A model generated the notes under the pieces. It was not told where the DNA came from. It saw nothing but the letters and a program-made list of their open reading frames with translations, and made no database searches. From contig OZ244252.1 in assembly GCA_965217185.1 (NCBI GenBank), positions 1,952,001 through 2,016,000 on the forward strand: a stretch of 64,000 bases of DNA, read 5' to 3'. The position numbers and the translations under genes were made by a program. Positions 37,191 through 46,704 of this stretch are shown here, piece by piece. Positions within the stretch are counted from its first letter, which is position 1; each line of letters begins with the position of its first letter. Origin of the DNA: an uncultured Candidatus Entotheonella sp. Its GTDB lineage: Bacteria > Tectomicrobia > Entotheonellia > Entotheonellales > Entotheonellaceae.

Positions 37191-38729
37191 ATGGAGACTC
37201 CCGAACAGAAACCGAAAGCCGCATCGCCACTGCGCACCATTGCCATAACCGCGCTTGTAACCCTGGCGTTGAGCGGTGCCGCGTATCACTATTTCGGGAA
37301 CGCCATCCTTAACGTGCAGAGGCACTTGGCGGCGCCTTCCGTGGCTGGGGAAGCACAGGCGGAAGAAACTGTCTACGTGTCCCCGATGCACCCCTGGATC
37401 GTCTCGGATGAGCCCGGCCAGTGCCCGATCTGCGGCATGGACCTCGTTGCCAAGCGGGACGGGCCGAACGCCGCCGAATCCTCCGGCGAACGAACCATCG
37501 CCTACTGGCGGGCGCCCATGAATCCGGCGGAAATCTATGAACAGCCGGGGAAAAGCGCCATGGGCATGGACCTGGTGCCGGCCTACGAGGACGAACTGGT
37601 TGGCGGCGTGGACATCTTCATCGATCCGGTGACCCAGCAAAACATGGGCATCCGCACCGCCGAGGTCGCCCGACAGTCGCTGGTGCGCACAATCCGCACC
37701 TACGGACACGTGACTTACGACGAGACCCGCACGGTACGGGTCAGTCCCAAGGCCAGCGGCTGGATCGAAACCCTGCACGCGGACTTCACCGGCAAGTCCG
37801 TCACCGAAGGCGAACCCCTGTTTGAAATCTATGCGCCGGAGTTGGTCACGGCGCAGGAAGCGTACCTGGGAGCCTTTCAGAGCGCCAAGCGGCTGGCGAA
37901 GGACAGGCAGACCGGCCTGCTGGCCTCGGCACGCCGGCGCCTGCAGTATTTCGATATCGCCGACAGCGAAATCGAGGCGCTTGAAACCACCGGCCAAGTC
38001 CGTAAGACCCTGGTAATTCGCTCACCCGCCAGCGGCGTCGTCATCGAAAAAACGGCAGAGGAAGGCGGCTACGTCAAGGCCGGGACGACAATCTACCGGA
38101 TTGCCGATTTGTCCCGCGTGTGGGTGGAAGCCCACATCTTTGAATATGAGCTCCCCTGGGTCAGGGAAGGCCAGGCAGCGGAAATGACGCTTCCCTACTG
38201 GCCTGGCGACGTGCGCTCCGGCAGGGTGACCTACGTGTATCCCTATCTGCGGGCCCAGACGCGGGACGTGAGGCTGCGGCTGGAATTCGACAACGCCGAC
38301 CTGCGCCTCAAGCCGGACATGTACGCCGACATCCACATTGAGACGCACGCCGACGAGCAGGGCCTGTTGCTCCCCTCCGAGGCCGTGCTGCGCTCCGGCG
38401 AGCGCAACGTGGTGTTCGTGGTCAAGGGCGGCGGCAAGTTCACGCCGCGCGAGGTGACCCTCGGCCTGTCCACGGACGGCGGCAAGGTTCAGGCCCTGGC
38501 CGGCCTGGCGCCGGGCGACGTGGTGGTGACGTCGGGGCAGTTCCTCCTCGACTCGGAATCCAAGCTGCAGGAGGCCGTGCAGAAAATGATGGAAATCAGC
38601 ATGGCTTCAGCGGGACCCGGTCAGAACGCAGACGAGGATGACTTCTTCAGCGACATGGACGACGACGCGGAAGAAGACTTTTTCGCCGACATGGAAGAAG
38701 CCGAACCCAAGAAGACCACCTCCCCATGA
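37191..38729 (+). CDS. cusB: Heavy-metal RND efflux periplasmic adaptor (CusB-like)
   Basis: Metal-binding modules YVSPMHP...CPICGMDLV and YWRAPM.P...AMGMDLVP; IADLSRVWV, LKPDMY, GQFLLDSES. Confidence 0.88.
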   Translation: METPEQKPKAASPLRTIAITALVTLALSGAAYHYFGNAILNVQRHLAAPSVAGEAQAEETVYVSPMHPWIVSDEPGQCPICGMDLVAKRDGPNAAESSGERTIAYWRAPMNPAEIYEQPGKSAMGMDLVPAYEDELVGGVDIFIDPVTQQNMGIRTAEVARQSLVRTIRTYGHVTYDETRTVRVSPKASGWIETLHADFTGKSVTEGEPLFEIYAPELVTAQEAYLGAFQSAKRLAKDRQTGLLASARRRLQYFDIADSEIEALETTGQVRKTLVIRSPASGVVIEKTAEEGGYVKAGTTIYRIADLSRVWVEAHIFEYELPWVREGQAAEMTLPYWPGDVRSGRVTYVYPYLRAQTRDVRLRLEFDNADLRLKPDMYADIHIETHADEQGLLLPSEAVLRSGERNVVFVVKGGGKFTPREVTLGLSTDGGKVQALAGLAPGDVVVTSGQFLLDSESKLQEAVQKMMEISMASAGPGQNADEDDFFSDMDDDAEEDFFADMEEAEPKKTTSP

Positions 38730-41700
38730 TCGAAGCCATTATTGCCTGGTCCATGCGCAACCGCTTCATGGTCGTGCTCGTCACGGTCTTCGTGATCCTC
38801 GGCGGTGTCCTGGCCATGCAGGGAACGCCGCTGGACGCCATCCCCGACCTGTCGGACGTGCAGGTCATCATCTACACCAAGTACCCCGGCCAGGCGCCGC
38901 GCGTGGTTGAGGATCAGGTCACCTATCCGTTGACCACCGCCATGCTGAGCGTGCCCTACGCCAAGGTAGTGCGGGGCTACTCCTTCTTCGGATTCTCTTT
39001 TGTCTACATCCTTTTCGAAGACGGCACCGATATTTACTGGGCGCGTTCGCGCGTCCTGGAGTATCTCAACTTCGTTGCCGGTCGCCTGCCCGCCGGCGTC
39101 ACCCCCAGCCTCGGCCCGGACGCTACCGGCGTCGGCTGGGTGTATGAATACGTGCTGCAGGACACCACCGGCACCTACGACCTGCAGGAGTTGCGCAGCA
39201 TGCAGGACTGGTACCTGCGCTACGAGCTGACGTCGGTCCCGGGCGTCTCCGAGGTCGCCAGCATTGGCGGCTTCGTCAAGCAGTACCAGGTCGAGGTCGA
39301 TCCCAACCGGCTGTTGGCCTACGGCTTGTCCATCCAGCAGGTCAGGCACGCCATCCAGCGCTCCAACGACGACGTGGGCGGCAAGCTGGTCGAGATGGGC
39401 GAGACCGAGTTCATGGTGCGCAGCCTGGGCTACATTCGCTCACGGGAGGATCTGGAGCAGGTCGTCGTGGCTGTGGACAGCATGGGCACGCCGGTGCTGC
39501 TGAAGAACATCGCCGCCATCCAGCTGGGTCCCGAACTGCGGCGGGGCATCCTGGAATGGAACGGCACCGGTGAAGCCGTCGGCGGCATTGTGGTGATGCG
39601 CTACGGCGAAAATGCCCTTGAGGTCATCCACAACGTCAAGGCAAAGCTGCGCTCGCTCCAGAAGGGCCTGCCGGAAGGCGTGGAGATCGTCGTGGGCTAC
39701 GACCGCTCCAACCTCATCAAGCGGGCTATCCACACCCTGCAGACCAAGCTGATCGAAGAGATGGTTGTCGTTGCAGCGGTCTGCGTCATCTTCCTGCTGC
39801 ACGTTCGCTCGGCCCTGGTGGCGATCGTCACTCTGCCGGTGGGCATTCTCATGTCCTTCCTGATTATGTACCTCCTGGGCATCAACGCCAACGTCATGAG
39901 CCTCGGCGGTATTGCCATTGCCATCGGCGTCATGGTGGACGCCTCCGTGGTGATGGTGGAGAACGCCCACAAGCACCTGGAACGATACGGGGACACGAAA
40001 AGCCATGCAGCGATCATGCTCGACGCGGCCAGAGGGGTCGGTCCGGCCCTGTTTTACAGCCTGCTGATCATCACCGTGTCATTCCTGCCGGTGTTCAGCC
40101 TGACGGAACAATCCGGTCGCTTGTTCAAACCGCTGGCGTACACCAAGACCTTCGCCATGGCCGCCTCGGCGGTCCTGGCCATTACCATCGTGCCGGTACT
40201 GATGACGTTCTTCATTCGAGAACACGCTCTCAGCCCGTTCCTGTCGCGGCGCCAACGCCGCTGGGCGTGGCTGGCCGCCCTGGCCGGCCCGCCGCTGCTA
40301 GTCATCGTCGCCGGGGCCGCAGGGATGGAATTGCCGGAATGGAGCCTGGTCGCCGGGCTGCTGGCCTCCGGCCTTGCGTTTATCTGTCTGGCACGGCAGC
40401 GCATCCTCCCGGAGGCACGCAATCCGCTCAGCCGTTTTTTCATCCGCGTGTACCACCCGTTCATCCGGTTGGTGCTGCGATGGCGCAAAATCACGCTGCT
40501 CCTCGCCGTCATCATGCTCGCCGTGACCATCTATCCGCTCAGCCGACTGGGCAGCGAGTTCATGCCGCCGCTCAACGAGGGCGATTTTCTCTACATGCCG
40601 ACGACCCTGCCGGGCATTTCGATCACCAAGGCCAAGGAGTTGCTGCAGCAGACCGACAAGATCATCCAGCGCTTCCCGGAAGTCCTGACGACCCATGGGA
40701 AAATCGGCCGAGCCGAAACGGCCACCGACCCGGCTCCTTTGTCGATGATCGAAACGACGATTACCCTGCGGCCCAAGGTCGAATACGAGCTCATACCGGT
40801 CCGGCGCGTTTTCACGGACTGGCCGGGCTGGCTCAAGAAGCCCCTCACCTTGCTGTGGCCGGAGGTGCAGCGGGGCGACGTCGTGCATGAATGGCGTAAG
40901 AAACGCCTGGTGCGTTTCTACTCAAGCTGGCCGGGCTGGCTGAAAGCCCCGCTGGCCTGGATCTGGCCCGAGGAACGCTATCTGACCATGCAGGAGCTGG
41001 CGGACGACCTCGACCGCGCCATCCAGTTTCCAGGTCTGACGAATGCCTGGACCATGCCCATCAAAACCCGCATCGACATGCTTTCCACCGGCATCAAGAC
41101 CCCTGTCGGCATCAAGCTCATGGGCCCCGACCTCGACGTACTCTCCGACCTGGGGGCGCAGATCGAAGCGGTGGTGCGCGACATTCCCGGCACCCTGTCC
41201 GTGTATGCCGAGCGCGTCACCGGCGGCAATTACCTGGACTTCACCATCGACCGTACCCAGATCGCCCGTTACGGCCTGACGGTTGGGGACGTGCAGGACG
41301 TGATCATGATCGCGATCGGCGGCATGAACGTCACCTTCACCGTCGAAGGGCTGGAGCGCTATCCGGTCAACCTGCGCTACAGCCGAGAGCTGCGCGACGA
41401 CATCGACCGGCTCAAGCGAGTGCTGGTGCCGACGCCTGCGGGCGCCCAGGTGCCACTGATCCAACTCGCCGACTTCGCCATCCGCAAAGGGGCGGCCAGC
41501 ATCAAAAGCGAAAACTCACGGCAGACCGCCTGGATCTACGTTGATCTGAAGGGCATCGATGTCGGCTCGTACGTGCGCCGGGCGATGGCCATCGTCGACC
41601 GCGGCGTCGAGCTGCCGCAGGGCTACTCCATCGTCTGGTCGGGCCAATTCGAATACATGGAGAAAGCCCGCCGCACCCTGCGCGTCATCGTTCCGGTCAC

Positions 41701-42238
41701 CCTGGTGCTCATCTTCCTCCTCCTCTACCTCCACTTTCACAGCGTGACGGAGGCCATGATCGTCATGGCCAGCCTCCCCTTCGCCTTGGTCGGCGGCGTC
41801 TGGCTTCTTTATGTTCTGGATTACAATTTGTCGGTGGCAGTCGTGGTGGGATTTATTGCCCTGGCAGGCCTGGCGGCGGAAACCGGCGTGGTGATGCTGG
41901 TCTATCTTGACGAATCGTACCAGCACCGCCAAACCGAGGGCCGGATGAGTTCCCCCGCCGACCTGCAGGACGCAATCATTGAGGGGGCCGTGGACCGCGT
42001 GCGTCCGAAGCTCATGACCGTCTCGACCACCCTTATCGGCCTGCTGCCGGTGATGTGGGGCACGGAATCCGGTTCCGAGGTGATGAAGCGCATCGCCGCG
42101 CCCATGGTCGGTGGCCTCGTGTCGTCAACTATTCTCACGCTGGTCATCATCCCCGTGGTTTATGATATCTGGAAACGTCTGGTACTTTACAGGCGCGCAC
42201 GACGACGGGTTCGTGCTTTGGCCCCCGATGGGCCGTAA
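38726..42238 (+). CDS. cusA: Cu(I)/Ag(I) RND efflux permease (CusA family)
   Basis: DAIPDLSDVQV, GPDATGVGWV, GSEFMPPL.EG, DPAPLSM, TMPIKTRIDMLSTG, AAETGVVM, RPKLMT. Confidence 0.95.
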   Translation: MIEAIIAWSMRNRFMVVLVTVFVILGGVLAMQGTPLDAIPDLSDVQVIIYTKYPGQAPRVVEDQVTYPLTTAMLSVPYAKVVRGYSFFGFSFVYILFEDGTDIYWARSRVLEYLNFVAGRLPAGVTPSLGPDATGVGWVYEYVLQDTTGTYDLQELRSMQDWYLRYELTSVPGVSEVASIGGFVKQYQVEVDPNRLLAYGLSIQQVRHAIQRSNDDVGGKLVEMGETEFMVRSLGYIRSREDLEQVVVAVDSMGTPVLLKNIAAIQLGPELRRGILEWNGTGEAVGGIVVMRYGENALEVIHNVKAKLRSLQKGLPEGVEIVVGYDRSNLIKRAIHTLQTKLIEEMVVVAAVCVIFLLHVRSALVAIVTLPVGILMSFLIMYLLGINANVMSLGGIAIAIGVMVDASVVMVENAHKHLERYGDTKSHAAIMLDAARGVGPALFYSLLIITVSFLPVFSLTEQSGRLFKPLAYTKTFAMAASAVLAITIVPVLMTFFIREHALSPFLSRRQRRWAWLAALAGPPLLVIVAGAAGMELPEWSLVAGLLASGLAFICLARQRILPEARNPLSRFFIRVYHPFIRLVLRWRKITLLLAVIMLAVTIYPLSRLGSEFMPPLNEGDFLYMPTTLPGISITKAKELLQQTDKIIQRFPEVLTTHGKIGRAETATDPAPLSMIETTITLRPKVEYELIPVRRVFTDWPGWLKKPLTLLWPEVQRGDVVHEWRKKRLVRFYSSWPGWLKAPLAWIWPEERYLTMQELADDLDRAIQFPGLTNAWTMPIKTRIDMLSTGIKTPVGIKLMGPDLDVLSDLGAQIEAVVRDIPGTLSVYAERVTGGNYLDFTIDRTQIARYGLTVGDVQDVIMIAIGGMNVTFTVEGLERYPVNLRYSRELRDDIDRLKRVLVPTPAGAQVPLIQLADFAIRKGAASIKSENSRQTAWIYVDLKGIDVGSYVRRAMAIVDRGVELPQGYSIVWSGQFEYMEKARRTLRVIVPVTLVLIFLLLYLHFHSVTEAMIVMASLPFALVGGVWLLYVLDYNLSVAVVVGFIALAGLAAETGVVMLVYLDESYQHRQTEGRMSSPADLQDAIIEGAVDRVRPKLMTVSTTLIGLLPVMWGTESGSEVMKRIAAPMVGGLVSSTILTLVIIPVVYDIWKRLVLYRRARRRVRALAPDGP

Positions 42239-42260
42239 CGTCAGGAAAAAGGAAAACGCA

Positions 42261-42722
42261 ATGTACGCCATTTTCACCACGATGCTCATCGCCTTGGTCT
42301 CGTTGTCGCTAGGCAGTGTCCCGGCCCTGGCCGATCAGCACCACGACATGCAGCAGATGGATCATTCCGGCCACAACGGCCCGAACATTCACAACTCGAG
42401 CGTGGACGGCTACAGCCTCGCCTATCATCTGATCGACATGCGGGAAAAGATGAAGGACATGGAAAACATGCCGGAGATGCAGGCAACGCATCACATGATG
42501 GTTTACGTGACCGGGCCCGACGGCGCGGTTCTTGGCCAGGCAAAGGTGGGCTACCTAGTCGTCGGGCCCGACGGCAACAAGCAGAAACTGATGGCCATGG
42601 GCATGAAGGACGGCTTCGGCGCCGACGTCGATTTCAAGGCGCCGGGCGCCTATACCGTCAGAACCAAAGCTGTCGCCAACGGCACGACGCTGCTGGACGA
42701 GTTCACGTATGAGGTGCAATAA
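42261..42722 (+). CDS. Secreted His/Met-rich putative copper chaperone
   Basis: Signal peptide (ALA), HHDMQQMDHSGH, MKDMENMPEM, THHMM; last gene of the cus operon. Confidence 0.65.
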   Translation: MYAIFTTMLIALVSLSLGSVPALADQHHDMQQMDHSGHNGPNIHNSSVDGYSLAYHLIDMREKMKDMENMPEMQATHHMMVYVTGPDGAVLGQAKVGYLVVGPDGNKQKLMAMGMKDGFGADVDFKAPGAYTVRTKAVANGTTLLDEFTYEVQ

Positions 42723-42752
42723 CCCGGCAGAAAAGACGCCCTTTCCGCGCTC

Positions 42753-43253
42753 TCACTCGAAGCCCCGGTGAAACGCAGCGCACACGTAGGCGAGAACGTC
42801 CCAGCGCTCGTCCTCACTGAGCAACGTTTTGAATGCCGGCATGAGCGATCCCGCTGACCTGAAGGGCTCCACCATTCCGCCCTCGCTGACGCGCCAGTAC
42901 AGATAGGCATCCCCCTCCCCGGGATGCAGGTGGAAGTGGTGCATGAGGTCGGCGGGCGGATGCGGCAGGGTCTTGGCAAAGGCGGTGGTGCCGAGGCCGT
43001 CGGCGCCGTGGCAGGCGGTGCAGTGAGTGTCGTACAGTGTCTTGCCCCGCGCAATGGCACCGTCGGCGCCCCAGCGGTGGCTGACCTTGTCGGCGTACGC
43101 CGCGGGCGGGGTTCGCCAGTTCTGGTGCTTGTGGGTGTCCTGGTGGCTCTGGTGTTCGTGGTGATGATCGTGCTGCCCCGCTGCCGGCAGGACGGCCGAC
43201 GTGGCGACCGACAACAGGACGGCAAGGCACAATCCGAAAACAACTCGCTGCAT
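42753..43253 (-). CDS. Monoheme cytochrome c with His-rich N-terminus
   Basis: Signal peptide, HDHHHEHQSH, CTACH heme motif, MPAF axial Met. Confidence 0.85.
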   Translation of the reverse strand: MQRVVFGLCLAVLLSVATSAVLPAAGQHDHHHEHQSHQDTHKHQNWRTPPAAYADKVSHRWGADGAIARGKTLYDTHCTACHGADGLGTTAFAKTLPHPPADLMHHFHLHPGEGDAYLYWRVSEGGMVEPFRSAGSLMPAFKTLLSEDERWDVLAYVCAAFHRGFE

Positions 43254-43263
43254 GAAGCGCTCC

Positions 43264-44376
43264 CTATCTCTTTTCCAATGGTAACTGACGGTGCGATTCG
43301 CCGGCAATGTAAGCCCGCAGGAGCGGCAGCACCGCCTGCCGCGCCCGTACGCATTCCTCGACGTGCGGAAAGCCGGACAGGATGAATTCGTCCACCCCCA
43401 GCTTCCAGTATTCATAGAGTTCCTCCGCCGCCTGCTGCGGGGTGCCGACGATAGCCGTGCCGCAATTCACGCGCACGGTGGCCAGGCCAGTCCACAGATG
43501 CCTTCCGAGCCGGTGCCGGTCCACAGTCGCGCCGGACGCCGCTTGTCCGCCAACCGCCACCGCCTGCCGCTGACGCAGCACCTCGGGATCGGCGTCGGCA
43601 ATCAGGCGACGCGCCGCGTCCCACGCTTCGTCCGCGTCATCGCGTACGATCAGATGCGTGCGCAGGCCAAACGCCGGCACGCGCCCGCACGTTTCGTAAG
43701 CCGCCCGCACCCGCTCAATACGCGCCGCGATTTGTTCCAACGGCTCGATCCACAACAGGTACACGTCCGCCTCGCGCGCCGCCAATGCCTCGGCGCGCGG
43801 CGACGCACCGCCCTGGTAAAAACGCGGTGTTCCGAACGGCGGCGGCACACAGCGGGCGCCGCGCAGGGTGAGATGGCGGCCGGCAAAATCGGTCACCTCC
43901 CCGGTCCACAGCGCCCGGCAGGCGCGCATCAACTCCTCGGCCTGCGCATAACGCCCGGCGTGGTCGCTGTCGACCCCGAGGCGCTCAAAATCGTGCCGGA
44001 TGCCGCCGGGCACGATGTTGATGTCCACCCTGCCGCGGCTGATTTGATCGAGCGTCGCCACCATCTTGGCCAGTAACCCGACGGCGATGAAGCCGGGCCG
44101 CACAGCGATGAGAAAGCGGATGCGAGTCGTCAGCGCCGCCAAGGCGGTCGCCGTGGTCCACGTTTCCATCAATGGCGCGCCTTCGTCGAACAGGCCGTTG
44201 ACGAACCGCGTCGGGATCAGCAGCCCGTGAAAGCCCTGCTCCTCCGCCGTCCGCACCACCCGCGTCAGATAGTCGAAATCCGGCGGTCGCTCAGCCCGCG
44301 CCGTGCCGAGCCGGACGCCGTCGCCGTCGATGGGAATGAACCAGTGGAACAGTGGTTGCGGACGCGCCGCCGTCAT
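43264..44376 (-). CDS. LLM-class flavin-dependent monooxygenase (SsuD-like)
   Basis: WFIP..GD, FLIAVRPG, TLDQIS.GR, GGAS, FILSGFPH. Confidence 0.85.
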   Translation of the reverse strand: MTAARPQPLFHWFIPIDGDGVRLGTARAERPPDFDYLTRVVRTAEEQGFHGLLIPTRFVNGLFDEGAPLMETWTTATALAALTTRIRFLIAVRPGFIAVGLLAKMVATLDQISRGRVDINIVPGGIRHDFERLGVDSDHAGRYAQAEELMRACRALWTGEVTDFAGRHLTLRGARCVPPPFGTPRFYQGGASPRAEALAAREADVYLLWIEPLEQIAARIERVRAAYETCGRVPAFGLRTHLIVRDDADEAWDAARRLIADADPEVLRQRQAVAVGGQAASGATVDRHRLGRHLWTGLATVRVNCGTAIVGTPQQAAEELYEYWKLGVDEFILSGFPHVEECVRARQAVLPLLRAYIAGESHRQLPLEKR

Positions 44377-44586
44377 GCCTGTATCTCCTCTCCACGCACC
44401 CCGCAGCCGCGCGGCGCCGTTTTGACTTGGCCGGTGGATTTCATTATAGTGCAACCCCTTGTGGGTCCTGTGTCAAGACAACGGCAGGGGCATGCGGCGC
44501 TTCGGTTTCCCTCGCCCCTTGCAAGCGGGTCGGCGCCCCAATGAGAGCGCGGCCCGAAGACGTGCAATCGCATGAGGAGAGGCACG

Positions 44587-45999
44587 ATGACGGCTTCTGA
44601 CGTTTATTACATGGACGCGCGCAGCGAGTCGCCCCAGACCGGTCTGGTGGCCAAGATGCTGACCGTATTCGAGGAAGCGGGGCTTGACGCGATGATCAAG
44701 CCGAACGACCTCGTGGCCATCAAAATTCACTGCGGCGAGTGGAACAACACCGCCTATCTGCGGCCCGTCTACCCACGCGCCCTGGCCGACCGTATCAAGG
44801 AGCTCGGCGGGCGGCCCTTCGTGTGCGACACCACCACCCTCACCTATTCGCCCTACGCCTCGCGGGCGACCGAGCTCGACATCATGATGACCGCCGAGCG
44901 CAACGGCTTCAGCTCCGCGGTGCTCGGCTGCCCGTTCATCTGCGCCGACGGCTTCATCGGCACCAGCGACTACCGCGTCGACGTGCCGACCGGCTACCTG
45001 CTCAAAGAAGCCTTCATCGCCCAAGCGATTGCCGCTGCCGACGTGCTGATCTGCCTCACCCACTTCAAGGGCCACCCGATGGGCGTCATCGGCGGCGCCA
45101 TCAAGAACCTCGGCATCGGCTGCCAATCGAAGCGCGGCAAGCACAACGTGCACCTCGGCGGCCATCCCAAGTACAGCGTCGCCAACTCCGCCATCTGGCA
45201 CCCGGAAAACTTCAAAGGCAAGGCCAACACGCCGGACTGGGACATCCTCGAAGAGTGCTGCCCCTACCACCTGTTCAAGGTCGAAGAGGACACGATTGAG
45301 TGGGACCGCGCCGCCTGCACCAGCTGCCTGGGCTGCCTCGGCATCATGGCGCCGCGCGGCTTGTTCGAGTTCCCGGAAGAGACGTTTGCCGCCACCGACG
45401 CCTCCATCGCCGATGGCGCCTTGGGCGCCGTGCTGGCGGTGGGCCGCGAGAAGTGCGGCTTCATCAACTTGGCCATCGACATCTCGCCGCGCTGCGACTG
45501 CGTGAACTTCTCCGACATGCCGGTGGTGCCGAACCTCGGTGTGTTTGCCAGCACGGACCCGGTGGCCATCGACATGGCTTGCCTGGACAAGGTGCGCGAG
45601 TCGCACGGCATGCCGGGCTCGATTGCGGACGATTTCGATTTGCTGGAAGCCGGTCAGAAGAAGTTCGAGACGGTGTCGGCCACGGTGCACGGCCTCAGTG
45701 AGGAAGCCCAGATCAACACGGGCACCCTGAACGGCCTCGGCAGCCGTGACTATAGCCTGATTGAGGCGGAACCGCAGCCGGCCAGCCGCCACCTGTTCGC
45801 GCTGGACAAGCGGCCCAGCGGCGTGCGCTTCGGCGCCAAGTTCATGAAGTTCTCGCCTTTCCCGTACGACCGCTACGACGGCCAGGGCTTCCTGCGCGAG
45901 CAGGAGGTAGACACGGAGTTCGTCAAGACTTGGCACGGTGGTAACGGTGGGGTGCCGGGCGCCTCGGGTACAGTCGAAGAGGCGGCAACGGGCGATTAG
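44587..45999 (+). CDS. DUF362 domain iron-sulfur protein
   Basis: AIKIHCGE, HFKGH, GGAIKNLGIGC, CTSCLGC, CDC, DPVAID. Confidence 0.85.
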   Translation: MTASDVYYMDARSESPQTGLVAKMLTVFEEAGLDAMIKPNDLVAIKIHCGEWNNTAYLRPVYPRALADRIKELGGRPFVCDTTTLTYSPYASRATELDIMMTAERNGFSSAVLGCPFICADGFIGTSDYRVDVPTGYLLKEAFIAQAIAAADVLICLTHFKGHPMGVIGGAIKNLGIGCQSKRGKHNVHLGGHPKYSVANSAIWHPENFKGKANTPDWDILEECCPYHLFKVEEDTIEWDRAACTSCLGCLGIMAPRGLFEFPEETFAATDASIADGALGAVLAVGREKCGFINLAIDISPRCDCVNFSDMPVVPNLGVFASTDPVAIDMACLDKVRESHGMPGSIADDFDLLEAGQKKFETVSATVHGLSEEAQINTGTLNGLGSRDYSLIEAEPQPASRHLFALDKRPSGVRFGAKFMKFSPFPYDRYDGQGFLREQEVDTEFVKTWHGGNGGVPGASGTVEEAATGD

Positions 46000-46006
46000 C
46001 TTCTGC

Positions 46007-46069
46007 GGGCGCGGCGTGCGGGACGACCCAACCCGGGGTCGCACGCCGTGCCCTGTTTGGTAGTTTTCA
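46007..46069 (+). terminator. Putative intrinsic terminator hairpin
   Basis: 14-bp stem GGGCGCGGCGTGCG/CGCACGCCGTGCCC followed by a T-rich tract, 7 nt after the DUF362 stop. Confidence 0.5.
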
Positions 46070-46080
46070 CTTCAAATTCA

Positions 46081-46327
46081 CCCCCTCACCCCAACCCTCT
46101 CCCTCCAGGGGAGAGGGAGTAAGACCCAAGCCTCTTTCGTCGGGGAGAGAGCAGCAGCCCAACCCCTTCCCTCCATCGGCAGAGGGATCAACAATCCCTC
46201 ACCGGGACGGGGTGCCAATTTCTCCCTCATGGGGATGCTATGCTAGGGCGCAACACGGTTCCCCCCTTTGAAGGACAGGGCGCATACAATTCCCTCCCCC
46301 TTTGAGGGGGAGGGCTAGGGTGGGGGG
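46081..46327. repeat. Cluster of degenerate REP-like hairpin repeats with inverted outer copies
   Basis: Left copy CCCCTCACCCCAACCCTCTCCC-tcca-GGGGAGAGGGA; right copy inverted, TCCCTCCCCC-tttga-GGGGGAGGGCTAGGGTGGGGG; several eroded copies between. Confidence 0.7.
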
Positions 46328-46362
46328 AAGGTTTTATGAGCCAGCTAATTCAGGAGGTCAAC

Positions 46363-46704
46363 ATGGCAGCAGTAACGAAGGGTTTGGAGAACCTGCAAGA
46401 GGCCATCGGCACGTGCGAGCAGTTGGGCGCCAGCTTGGCCGACGCCACGGATGCCGAGGCGGTGAAGGCAAAGAGCGTGGTGCAGGAATCGCTTACGGCG
46501 TTTCACGATGTCAGCGACAAATTTTTCCTCAAGACCATGATGAGCGTGCCGCCAACCAAGGCTTGCCGAGTGGAGACCGCGGCGGTGGCGTCCCTGGTGT
46601 CTGAGCAGAAGTGGGACAGCCTGCCGGGCGCCCTGGAGAAGTTGCAGAAGGTCACCAAGACGCTGGTAACCAAGGCCAAGATGGACGGGACGACGATTAC
46701 ATGA
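46363..46704 (+). CDS. Hypothetical small helical protein
   Basis: AGGAGG RBS; stop overlaps the next ATG. Confidence 0.65.
   Translation: MAAVTKGLENLQEAIGTCEQLGASLADATDAEAVKAKSVVQESLTAFHDVSDKFFLKTMMSVPPTKACRVETAAVASLVSEQKWDSLPGALEKLQKVTKTLVTKAKMDGTTIT

Noticed and set aside
44473..46044. 523-aa minus-strand ORF
   Set aside because: Antisense shadow of the DUF362 gene
46081..46327. CRISPR array
   Set aside because: Units are degenerate, change orientation, lack unique constant-length spacers, and no cas genes are present
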